From Phoronis australis (taxonomy: Eukaryota; Animalia; Phoronida), in NCBI GenBank assembly GCA_002633005.1, contig NMRA01000221.1, positions 436,290 through 500,289 on the forward strand: a stretch of 64,000 nt of DNA, given 5' to 3'. The position numbers and the translations under genes are program-made. The notes below the pieces were generated by a model. It was not told where the DNA came from. It did not search any database and saw nothing but the letters and a program-made list of their open reading frames with translations. Shown here one piece after another: positions 12,301 through 24,149 of this stretch (position 1 is its first letter; each line of letters starts with the position of its first letter).

Positions 12301-15289
12301 AGGACGACCAAAATAAAATACAGGGGAACCTCGTGAAGATATATCTCGAATGCCGGTCAATACTTAAACCAGCTCGGGCTCCAATATCAAGATGCGTCGG
12401 GGTGAAGATTAGTGGCAATACGGTCTTTGCAGGCAAGTGTTTTGCTTTTGACTAGATACACAGAGTATATAGAGAACTTACCGTAATCGTTCGGGTTAAC
12501 GCCCTGGGCGGTTAAATTGGCGAATCCAAAAAATCGGGGGAGGGCGGTTAACCGAGTAGTGGGCGTTAACCCGAACGATTACGGTATCTTCAATTAAAAC
12601 GGCTCAGCATAAACCGCTCCTACATTACAAATCAAGACCGTTTACCGTTAGGAAATTGGCCTCAAATTGCTTGTTTGCCAAACTAGAGGGAATTTCAGGG
12701 CTTCGGAAGACCTGCCACTTGTTCGTTATTGCTTGCGACCAGGTCTAAGAGGCTCTATAAGTTGACTTATTATGGGCTCGCTGGTTCCTTGCGTGCCGCT
12801 AGATGGTCAGTAGCCAACTAGGCTCGTAGGGAACCAGCGAGTATTATGGGTTGCCATTTTATGCGCCGGGCGCGATAGGAATAATCATCAATCACCTATA
12901 CTCGCAAATTCATAAATCGCGTGACATCTCGGTAAGGGGAAAGTTTTTAAAAAAATTGCCTACAGATATAGTATGGCAGACAGTACGAAGGTTACAGTTA
13001 GAATAAGGCTATAACAAGTCTGAATTCTTGAGTTTTCTGTTTCAGGTGGTGACTCAAATGCAGATTCCACAAATGGAAACAAGGATCTTGATTCTGACTT
13101 GGTGACTGGACTTATTGTCGGAGGGTCGCTAGTGGTTTTGATTATAGCAATCGTCATAACAATATTCGCTGTGAAAGAATGCCGGTTGAGACAACGACGT
13201 AAAATGACGAAGGCAGACAGAAAAGTGATATTCCCGTCTCCGCCACAAATCTCGGTGGGTATTATTTGTTTTCATATTAATACAGCCCCAGAAATCGTTT
13301 TCGCATTATAACCAGGTTCTCATTCACTGCCTTGCATAAACTCACTAGTAAGACCGAACTCAACAAAATACGAAGTATATTCACTTCGTTTAGCGGCCTG
13401 TACGTCGCGATGTCGATGTACAGACTGTGGAAAATAAGTTAGTCGCGAGGCACGGGTTAACGCATTTAGAAGCGATTTTTGGAGGAGGGGGGTGATTGGT
13501 TCCATTTTCTTAGAGCGGCATTAAACACGGTTTCGTTAAGGAAAGCAACTTTTGATGTAGACTTCTGATACACCTAGAAAATTAGTCTCAACTTCACCGA
13601 GATTTGCCAGTGCTCGAGTCCATGCTGGGCGAACACAATGACACGCTGTCAACAAGTCTTCTTGTGGAGTCTAATCTCAAAGGAACAAAAAATCAGTTCA
13701 TTCCAAGCTTGAAAATCGCACGTTTTGACCCAGGGACAATTTGAGACCAATTTCACAACGTCAGGTGGTCTAAAACATAAGCTAGTGGGAAAGCAGGTTT
13801 ATAATCGCTCTAGGATTTGTTCGTACATTTGTTTTGCGTTTCATTGAAACTAACTTGTACTTCTTTAGTACCCTTGTTGCAGATAAACGGGAAGTCTGAC
13901 CATTCTAACGACAGATCGCTCTCAACCAGTGGCGTAACGTCGCCTGCAATGTCCAGCACGCCTCTGACGCCAAAGATTTACAAAAAGCGAACGGAAGCGG
14001 AACCTTCCCCGGACACGTCAGACGAAATACAGCCATCAAATGTCGCGGGTGGAGTGCGAAGAAAAATAAGATTTCAAGGAATCCCAAACACTTCACTAAC
14101 ATCGCTTAGTGACAGCGAGTGCCAAAGGCCACGTTCTTCACCAGTTGGTATACTACGATATCCGATAAAAGATGCTCTCGTGAGCTTCGAAGGTGAGCGA
14201 ATCGAGCAGCCAAACGAGACACAATACATATCACGTGGATTTTGGGGTGTTCAACACGGATTTTTAAGGGATATGAACAGAAGTTTTCGCGGTATCGAAG
14301 AATACAATAGACTTAAAAACTCTCCCCCGCGTCATGACTATTTCAGCGATTCTGAGCTAGCTATACACAAAAGACAGAAGAAACGGAAGCAGTCGCCATT
14401 TAAAAAGTTCCTTAATTTTGCCATATCGGCATTCGGAGTGGAATCTGAATCCGGAATTCGAAATGCAAAGCCCGATTTTGTGCCGACGTCACGGGATCTT
14501 CCCCATGTGAAAGTTGTTACTGGAGAAAATGTCTCTACGCATCTCAGTGATATTGAGTACGGGATGTTCAGAAATGTCAGTCCCATCAAACCTCTGTCTC
14601 CCTTAGTTGTAAAAAAGTCACTGACAGCAGTTTCTATAAAAGAAAAATCCCAAAGTCCCACTTTAGAGAGTGCAGAGACCATAAAGCAGACGACATCTCC
14701 ATCGGTTGTTTCACCTGTCGCGCCACCTGAAGGAGACGTCTACTTCGGCCACTCGCAAGTCCCTGTGCCGTCGATATCTTCGCCACCGTCACAGTCGACG
14801 ACACCAAGTCCACCTGAGCCAAAATGGTCTCGAGAGATATTTACAGATCAAAGAAAACCTCGACGAAAACCATCTGGTGGCAAAAAGCGCTCCCCTGATC
14901 CCAAGCATGCGCGTTCCAACGCATTTGGAATTTCTCCAAAACGTTCAAAGACACAAAACGTCAATGACTATCACATAACTAGTGACTATGAGTCGGTGTA
15001 TCCAATGTCGTCTGACAATAATGGTTACAACCGCGATTCGTCTGATACGTCAGACGACATCATTCCCGTAACTCTCATAAACGAGGCTATCGCTGCCTTT
15101 CCGTCGGATACTGAAGACGAAGACAATGTACCGGTGACGAACATTGACGATTGCTGTTACGACGAAGAGATCGAAATTAATCCCATATATAGTAAAGTAT
15201 CAATGAGCAGGAAAACGAGTCGTCCCGTGAACAAAACTGACAACATATTTCGCGTTGATAATAGTCAAGCAGACACCAACCAACTTTGA
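9366..15289 (+). CDS. sha: Shavenoid-like single-pass membrane protein, about 746 aa: signal peptide, Cys-rich ectodomain, TM helix, long Ser/Pro-rich cytoplasmic tail
   Basis: Phase-consistent exons: 9366-9600, 10097-10195, 10680-10825, 12288-12432 (GC donor), 13046-13254, 13883-15289. Translation: MIHKSEAVLVLAALVFQNSSA (signal), TRSRGEPDIF..CRCRCQNPFTTFDQTIRKCISVIP|ECLG, CQVIQTAYLHGYSW..YLQ|WTG..GNLVKIYLEC..CVGVKISG, then TM LVTGLIVGGSLVVLIIAIVITIFAV. The Cys/Trp pattern resembles the shavenoid ectodomain as recalled. AATAAA at 15383. The gene model is firm; the name is less certain. Confidence 0.75.
11001..11200. repeat. Dispersed repeat fragment with a CAGGG(A/C)TTGGAA terminus; related copy at about 53716-53935
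   Basis: Both copies share GATTTCCTCTTATTTGATT, ATGCAAAAACGTTTATTTC and CATCACCTGGAAA blocks. Confidence 0.6.
12481..12584. mobile_element. Tc1/mariner-pogo-type MITE (TA TSD)
   Basis: TA-CCGTAATCGTTCGGGTTAACGCCC ... GGGCGTTAACCCGAACGATTACGG-TA, a perfect 24-bp TIR. Confidence 0.8.
12777..12841. mobile_element. 65-bp TIR element with 9-bp TSD (MULE-like by TSD length)
   Basis: Ends CTCGCTGGTTCC...GGAACCAGCGAG, flanked by TATTATGGG on both sides. Confidence 0.75.
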
Positions 15290-16245
15290 CATATTATTTT
15301 TTACATCAGTATCGTTTTATAATGAACACAAATATCATTTCAGGGTTTGTCATTATTTCTTTGTATGTTCTGTGTATTCTTCAATAAAAGTATATCATTT
15401 ATACTATTTTTACAAACTTTTCCTGACTGTGCATTTCTACGCCTGTACGCACATTGTGGATTTTAGGAATAAACCTATATAAGTTTAACGTTTCGTGTGT
15501 TTTTATTCGTTTTCCTTCGACTCGATGGTGACTTTAAAAAACCCACTAGTAGTTTCCCAAAATACGTCCACGAAACTACGTATATTTCTAAACAAAAAAT
15601 GACAACGCATACATGAGACACACTTGTAAGCACAAAAAGGATACTATATCTAGAGAACAAAAGATTGTCACACTATGTGCAGTCGCTGACCTATCGTGAG
15701 TTACAATATTTTAAAATCCCGTAGATGATCTCGGCCAGAACACACACACAAGGAAGTTAGAAATACTGTATGCTTAGTCGTCCAGAATGAAGTGCACAAA
15801 TGTCACGGAGAACGAATACGTCACGAAGAGCAAATGTGAGTTGAATGAATTACCCAACAATCTAATTCCTGCAGAAAGTTATTGGCTCATTCTAGAATGC
15901 CACCAGGAAATACTACTAACTTCACTTTCCACACGTATTACCTACAGTTACATTTGATTGCCTAACTTACACAAAAGGTTATCTAAGAAGAACTAGCACT
16001 GTTACGACACACTTGAAATTCAACGTGCAGTCAGAAACATCTGTTTTGGTGAACGAAGGGAAGTTTGTATTATTGCAACCTATGACGTAATTTAGTGGCT
16101 TCACGACCACCGAGCCGATGCCAAACATTTTGTTCGCGAAAACTGTACAGAATAACGAGGTACCATGCATCCTCTAAAATACATTTTGTAGTGACTTTTA
16201 CTTCTGACAAGTTCGTATTACTACTACTGCTGCTGCTGCTGCTGC

Positions 16246-16458
16246 CAGTGGCAGATCTACGTTTTCAGGAGGGAGGGGGGGGGTTAGGATTCGTAGCGCC
16301 GAGCGGAAGGAAGGGGAACCCCCCTCCCGTGTTACATTTTTGTGGTTTTTAGTAGCTGATTTCATTTTTCTGGCGAAATTTATTTCAATTTTTATTTTTG
16401 ATCCTGTCCCGAGGGGGGGGGGTTGAAACCCCTGAACCCCCCTGTGGATCCGCCTCTG
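16246..16458. mobile_element. MITE with family-B-like ends, inserted in a CTG microsatellite
   Basis: Ends CAGTGGCAGATC...GATCCGCCTCTG. GCTGC on both flanks, although the repeat context makes the TSD ambiguous. Confidence 0.75.
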
Positions 16459-17938
16459 GCTGCTGTTGTTGCTGCTGCTGCTACTTGTAAACCGTCGCCA
16501 GGTCGTGGTCGCGCAACAGACATGATTGATTTCGGATATCAAAATATAGTACTTGTTTCACTCAATAGATGGTAGTTACTATACGGTGCGCAAAGATGCA
16601 GAGTGGTTTGCAGCCTCTTTCGACATTAATATCCAGTGGACGGCGGTCATGTTCATGTCATTGAATTGGAGTATTTTTCAATGAGCTGAACATAAAAACA
16701 TGCTTTTGCAACCTTTACTGGTATAAAATTTTGTCATAATCGAGATTAACCTCTTTCCAGCCTCCCGACCCGCAGGTAAGCTTCGATTGCAACCCGAAAA
16801 TCATCACAGTCAATTTTCTGACCGTATTGACTTCATGTTGTCATACCAGACAAAAGACTGGGCTCAGCAGTTAACAAGGAGCAAAATATTACCACGTGTT
16901 CACAACCGCTCTACATGCATGTCTGGTAAAGTCATACACTCTTACACAGTGCTACGAAAGCTACTTTGTTTCAGAATAGGTGGCAGTGTGTCAAAAGGTA
17001 GTCATTGAAAGGGATAACGCGACTAGGTCGCCAACCGAAGCAACGTCTTTCGAAAAAATCATGCAAGTATACCTTGGGTCTACAGAACGCAACCAAAGTA
17101 TACTGGTGTAACAATAATATATTTGACGCATCCCCGTCTTTGGTCCGCCGGACATGGTGCATGCACGTGCTAGTGTTGATGCCGTGGAAAAAATTGCGTT
17201 TTTGTCTAACATTACACGTGTGGGTATTTTCCAGCGAGAAATCCTCGCTCATTGAGCATAAACATTTCAGTGAATTATATTCCTTCGAGTCCGTGGGACA
17301 AATACAACTCAAAAGCTGCCGCGCGGACACCCGCCCTTCCCTTGCGTTCCCGCGACGTAAAAGCGCCACGGCAACTTCCCCTGTCTAGGTAACCGCAGCG
17401 AAAGCTGATTCCCGTACACTATCTTTAACTCACGTGCGAAGCGCGTGTTGCAGCAAGACGTTTATGATGCACTTGAGAATGAAACAAGTATGTTTCGAAA
17501 TATCGTGTCTTTCAATCATGTCTCTTAGTCAGTTGCTTCCCCAATGCTCTGTTGAGTGTAGAACTTTGTTCCGAGGCCGGATACGCCAAGAAAGGCGGAA
17601 TGAAGACTGCTAATAACGAACAGTGTCGTGTATTTAATCAAGTTTTGTATATCATTCTGTGTATACATATATAGGCCAATTCCAAACTCACCGACCACAG
17701 ATAAAAGACAATACCTATATCACAGATCAATCCGACTAGACCCGGCTACTCATTGTCCGCAATTTTGCTAATGGTATTAGGTTTTCAGAATATTCTGCGT
17801 AATTTTGCGTGGTTTTGTGTATCGCTTCTTTTACAAAAAATTTAATACCCGGAACACTATCTTGAGTTACGTGGGCACGTAACAATTATCGCCGAAGTAA
17901 ACATTTTCCCTATTAATCGACAAGACAAAGGTGCATCG

Positions 17939-18603
17939 CTCGCTGATCCCCTACCTCGCGGGTTCCCTTCGTGCCGCTAGGTGGGGCGGTAGCCGCGCCA
18001 GCACGCAGGTATCACTTAATTTTCCTCGGTAAATTTTTTTACACCGGCGTTTCTGATTGACTGGTCGAATTCTCAAAAGGCAGCGCTTTACGGAAACAAA
18101 CTCGCATGACTGATGGACTGAAGTGTAAATGTGGTCTGTTGTAAAGACAAATCGGTGCTTAAAATTTATGTTCAGGAAATGTGAAGCTTAGAAATTGTGA
18201 TTGTGACTTTTCGGAATGCAACATTCTACTGTCGATGACTTTTGTTTACGATAGTGTCCTGTATTCATACAGTATGAATAACACACCGGTTAAATCGGCC
18301 AGATGTGTTTTTATTGTACATGTATGTGCTTCAAGCACGCGGCTCTTAAACATCACTGCAGAAACGAAATAGTTGCTGCGACGCCACTTGCATGACAAGG
18401 CTAAAAATCGTTCACAGTCCGCCATGTTTTCACGGTGTTGTAAAGCTAACCAATGACTGCCGAGGTTACATCGACCAATGCTAAAGCGCGTGCCACTGCG
18501 TGATACCTGCGTGCTGGCTGGGCTAAGCACGCAGGGAACCAGCGAGGCAGGGAACCAGCGAGGTCCCCTACGGGCGCCTAGCGGCACGCAGGGAACCAGC
18601 GAG
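17939..18603. mobile_element. Longer member of the CTCGCTG-ended TIR family, 10-bp TSD
   Basis: Reiterated subterminal GCAGGGAACCAGCGAG units. Flanks AGGTGCATCG and AGGTGCACCG. Confidence 0.7.
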
Positions 18604-20018
18604 AGGTGCACCGATGACACGAAATGTGATTGTCGAGTGCCTGCTGCAAATGACGGTGAGCGCGGGATACGCTAATGACTGTTTTAAAACACATCATTAC
18701 AGAAACGTTAGGTTCATAGCACCACAGTGTCTTTTTTAAACAGCAATCCTAATGTCTCTATAAATATTAAGAAAATTGAGACCTCTGTTTCTTCGAATTA
18801 CTGTACGCCTTAAGTCATTCGGACTCGACATCATTTTCTTGTGACTCGATTTCAAACGAAGAAGCAGTGTGCATCAGCCAGTAGGTTTCAGTCAGTGAAA
18901 ATGATTTGGATCATAAAAAATCTTTGTGCTTAATGTTAAGTCTTCCTGTAAAAGAGATATGTTCTTTGAAGGTAACATTTTAATAAACAGAATGATTACC
19001 CAGCGGCGTTCTTTACAAAGTTCAGCTATTGACATATTGCCACAACTGATCGAACATTGCGCCAAAGCACTTGTTTATTACGGTGAGGTTATTCCCCTTG
19101 TGACTCAGTGTCACGGTAGTAAACAACCTTTGCAGAAATAAATACACTATCATTCAGCAACATGACACGATTCACACATAACCTTGTGTTTGTGATGGAT
19201 GCATATAGGTGTTAGATTGTTAGCTGCCCTCGCGCACGTCGTGTTCTATCAAGACGTGTATATAGGTCCACCCCATTTACTTGTACAAGGTGAAATGAGA
19301 AAAATCGAGATCGATGTTTCGGAGACTATTTAACCGTTCCAACCTACGTATACCCGCAGTCAAACCAATCATTCAAGCATATTTCCTACAGGAATTATTG
19401 AATCACCTCAAAAATCTTCACGCTGTAAATAAAATCGACCAATCGTATTTCAACCGAGGGACCTAATCCTTACCATTAGTTTTGTTCTTAAAGGGAAATT
19501 ATCGCTTTTGCGGCCGAAAAACAAACGCACTTTTGGGATTTTTTGTGTATGAGATGACCTTCTTGAAGTTATTGGCTTTGATCAGAGCCATAAGACTACA
19601 AAATACATTATTTTGTGGTGCTTTATTACAAATCGCCAATTATCGACGATGACTTCACTCTGACTTCTATCGAGTGACACTTATGCCTCAGACAGCAGAA
19701 CGTTGCCCGCGGCCGCGAACGTTCTAGGCTCGAAACAGCGCTCGCTCTGTTGTCAATCGCGCCTCTCGCCGACAATAACACTAAGTACACCGGAACACGC
19801 GCTAGGTAAACAAGTCTACATTAGAGTTCTTGATTGGGAAATGGTTTGGGTTTGAAAAGCTCGACTGTACGTACGAAGCCTCGAGTGATCAAAGACAATT
19901 ATGAAACCCAAGGATTACGCAACGTCTCAGCATTGACGTCAATTGTTTTATTTTCAGAAGACAATGAGCTGGTACGCCTGATACGGTGTTCATTCGTTTC
20001 CTCCCGAATAGGTCTACA

Positions 20019-20093
20019 ATGATGATGATGATGATTGTGGTGGCGATGTTGGTGGTGGTGATGATGATGATGATGATGAAGGTGATGATGATG
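20019..20093. repeat. (GAT/GGT)n microsatellite
   Basis: Read directly from the sequence. Confidence 0.9.
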
Positions 20094-20175
20094 AAGACTT
20101 TACTGGCAGTACTAAGGCCACCGGCCCTTATACATATTATTCTAATAAGCAGCTGCATTATCCGAATATGACGGA

Positions 20176-23100
20176 ATATCAGATACAAGCATAAATCATT
20201 AATATAAGTTAAATTGTAAAATTTTCTATTCTTGCTCGCAACAACGAGCTGTTACGTCTAATAGTGATCATTCATGTTCTCACCGGCCCACAAGAATTTG
20301 TTCAGTTGCGCCTGTTGTAGACATTCTCCAGAACTATTTAAATATTTAAATAAGATTACATGTAAATATTGTTTCGTCTTGAAGTATTTGACAGATTTAC
20401 TGAATAATTCATGTAGAGGATTGTTTAAGAGAATTAAAACATGCATTTAAATCGCTGTGATTACGAATAGTTATGAGTTCCTTCTTTCACAACTGGTGTC
20501 ACCTTTTGGTAGATTGAAAAATCATATGACGCACAGGCGCGGGTTCGTTGGCTACTGGCATACGAAGTTCACTTTTACTGAAGGTTTTCTGAGCGTGAGG
20601 CCTCGCTGCCGCATGGGCGCACCCAAGGGGGGGGGGGCTCGAACGAGCCCCCAATTTGGCGAATTGGGCAAAAAGGTCCGCCTTAACGAAACAAAAAGTC
20701 CAAGCAAATGAGGTAAAAGTTCACAGGAATTCGGCGCGGATTCACAATTCGTAGGCCTGAACCTGAAGCCTGGTGGGGCCCCGTTTTTTTTTTCTGTAAA
20801 GGGTCCGCATACCGAAATAATCGACCCCCCTGTATTTTAGTCTGGGTGTGCGCATGGGCTGTTTCATGATTAGCCGCCAGCATCCATTGTTGTTTCTTTT
20901 TATTTACATCGTGAAACTGCACGCGCTCTCAGACAATGCAACTTTAAAATGTCTGAAACGGTTTTTGCGTCAAAAGTGTGCCCAATGCGGTGAATTGTTT
21001 CTACTGACAAATGTCAAATGAAAACAAACTAAATCCAGATCCCATGGTTGAAATACACGGACGTGCTCACGCGGTCTCGCTTTAGAACTTAAAAGATTGT
21101 AAGAGTGCGGAGAAACTGAAAAAACGCTCACAAATAATCAAAGATCATGTGTCAAAGAAATTTAAGCCAAACTTCGATCTCATTGGACATACATCCCATT
21201 CGTTACCATGGCAACAATTTCCGAAGGCGGAATAGGTTTACAATTGCTCCATTATACTTGTGCCACGCTCATTATCTGGTTTACGTAATTAGTATATCTA
21301 ATTTACCGGCGCTAAGAAATGCCTAAGTTATCCGACTTTGACGTCTGCGATTTCGCGCATTTTTCCTGCTTACATGTTGTTTGCTGGGCGAGTTTCATTT
21401 GAGCAATCTTAACGAGTGGGCGTCTTAGTGAAGTAAAATAAGATTATGAGGCACGTACTTTAAGGCGAATGTATTTCTCAACTGTGCTTGATGTAGCTTT
21501 ACTGTACGGTCAACTGGTGTCGTTAAAGTTCTAATTACTCTTCTGGCCAAATGTTTCATGACAGAATTATATTTAACACGAAGCCATTATCATCTTATCG
21601 ATGACGCACTTCTGCTGCAGCAAAATTCGGTGCCAGGCAAGTACTATTCCGTCCATGATAAAAGTACACGTGCAACGTGAAATCGCGTACCTTTGTAATT
21701 AGTTGTCCTGCAGGATCGTCACCACTGCACTCTGCTCACTTTTGACATCCACCATTTAGGCCTACCACATCAATGTATGTCCCGCGGACAGCCCAGTTGG
21801 GGGAGGGAGAACTTTGTTTTGTCTGGTAGCCAAGCCGAGGACGAAGTGTTTTGCGCATCTTGACGGCTTGTTTTCTAATGTGCTTTATAAACGAACTGTT
21901 CATGTTGTTTTGAATCTAGACTTTGTAATATAAATTTAAAATCTTAGCCTACAAAATGACACCAATTCGGTGCCTGAAGATCATTGCAAATTAAGGCGAG
22001 CGGTTTAAAGCGTGACACGTTTTACCCCTACCACAGACGAACGTCTGAATCACGACCATAAGCTTTGCGAACGGTGACCTCGTTAATTAAGGTGATATTT
22101 TGTCAATAAACAACATCTTTAGGATAGTTTTCAGGCATATCATAGATATTATAGGTGTAAGTGGCCTAATANAATATCAGATACAACCATAAATCATTAA
22201 TATAAGTTAAATTGTAAAATTCTCTCTTCTCGCTCGCAACAACGATAGGGATCATTCATGTTCTCACCGGCCCACAATAATTTGTTCAGTTGCGCCTGTT
22301 GCAGACATTCTCCAGAACTATTTAATTATTTAAATAAGATTACATGTAAATATTGTTTCGTCTTGAAATATTTGACAGATTTACTGAATATTTCATGTAG
22401 AGGATGGTTTATAGTGAATTAAAACACGCATTTAAATCGCTGTGAGTACGAATAGTTAGGAGTTCCTTCTTTCACAACTGGTGTCACCTTTTGGTAGATT
22501 AAAAAATCATATGACGCACAGGCGCGGGTTCGTTGGCTACTGGCATACGAAGGTCACTTTTACTGAAGGTTTTCTGAGCGTGAGGCCTCGCTTCCGCATG
22601 GGCGCACCCAAGGGGGGCTCCAACGAGCCCCCCAATTTAGCGAATTGGGCAAAAAGGTCCGCCTTAACGAAACAAAAAGTCCGAGCAAATGAGGCAAAAG
22701 TCCACAGGAATTCGGCGCGGATGCACACTTCGTAGGCCTCAGCCTGAAGCCTGGTGGGGCCCCGTTTTTTCTGTAAAGGGTCCGCATACCGAAATAATCG
22801 ACCCCCCTGTATTTTAGTCTGGGTGTGCGCATGTGCCGTTACATGATTAGCCGCCAGCATCCATTGTTGTTTCTTTTTATTTAACATCGTGAAACTGCAC
22901 GCGCTCTCAGACAATGCAACTTTAAAATGTCTGAAACGGTTTTTGCGTCAAAAGTGTGCCCAATGCCGTCAATTGTTTCTACTGACAAATGTCAAATGAA
23001 AACAAACTAAATCCAGATCCCATGGTTGAAATACACGGACGTGCTCACGCGGTCTCGCTTTAGAACTTAAAAGATTGTAAGAGTGTGGAGAAACTGAAAA

Positions 23101-24149
23101 AACACTCACAAATAATCAAAGATCATGTGTCAAAGAAATTTAAGCCAAACTTCGATCTCATTGGACATACATCCCATTCGTTACCATGGCAACAATTTCC
23201 GAAGGCGGAATAGGTTTACAATTGCTCCATTATACTTGTGCCACGCTCATTATCTGGTTTACGTAATTAGTATATCTAATTTACCGGCGCTAAGAAATGC
23301 CTAAGTTATCCGACTTTGACGTCTGCGATTTCGCGCATTTTTCCTGCTTACATGTTGTTTGCTGGGCGAGTTTCATTTGAGCAATCTTAACGAGTGGGCG
23401 TCTTAGTGAAGTAAAATAAGATTATGAGGCACGTACTTTAAGGCGAATGTATTTCTCAACTGTGCTTGATGTAGCTTTACTGTACGGTCAACTGGTGTCG
23501 TTAAAGTTCTAATTACTCTTCTGGCCAAATGTTTCATGACAGAATTATATTTAACACGAAGCCATTATCATCTTATCGATGACGCACTTCTGCTGCAGCA
23601 AAATTCGGTGCCAGGCAAGTACTATTCCGTCCATGATAAAAGTACACGTGCAACGTGAAATCGCGTACCTTTGTAATTAGTTGTCCTGCAGGATCGTCAC
23701 CACTGCACTCTGCTCACTTTTGACATCCACCATTTAGGCCTACCACATCAATGTATGTCCCGCGGACAGCCCAGTTGGGGGAGGGAGAACTTTGTTTTGT
23801 CTGGTAGCCAAGCCGAGGACGAAGTGTTTTGCGCATCTTGACGGCTTGTTTTCTAATGTGCTTTATAAACGAACTGTTCATGTTGTTTTGAATCTAGACT
23901 TTGTAATATAAATTTAAAATCTTAGCCTACAAAATGACACCAATTCGGTGCCTGAAGATCATTGCAAATTAAGGCGAGCGGTTTAAAGCGTGACACGTTT
24001 TACCCCTACCACAGACGAACGTCTGAATCACGACCATAAGCTTTGCGAACGGTGACCTCGTTAATTAAGGTGATATTTTGTCAATAAACAACATCTTTAG
24101 GATAGTTTTCAGGCATATCATAGATATTATAGGTGTAAGTGGCCTAATA
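20176..24149. repeat. About 2-kb tandem duplication (20176-22171 and 22173-24149), probably uncollapsed haplotypes
   Basis: Copies are joined at a single N (22172). SNPs and indels are concentrated in the first ~0.9 kb; the remainder appears identical. Confidence 0.9.
20612..20856. mobile_element. MITE family A (duplicate at 22597-22833)
   Basis: TIRs present. TSD TGCCG is seen on the left here and on the right in the duplicate. Confidence 0.8.
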
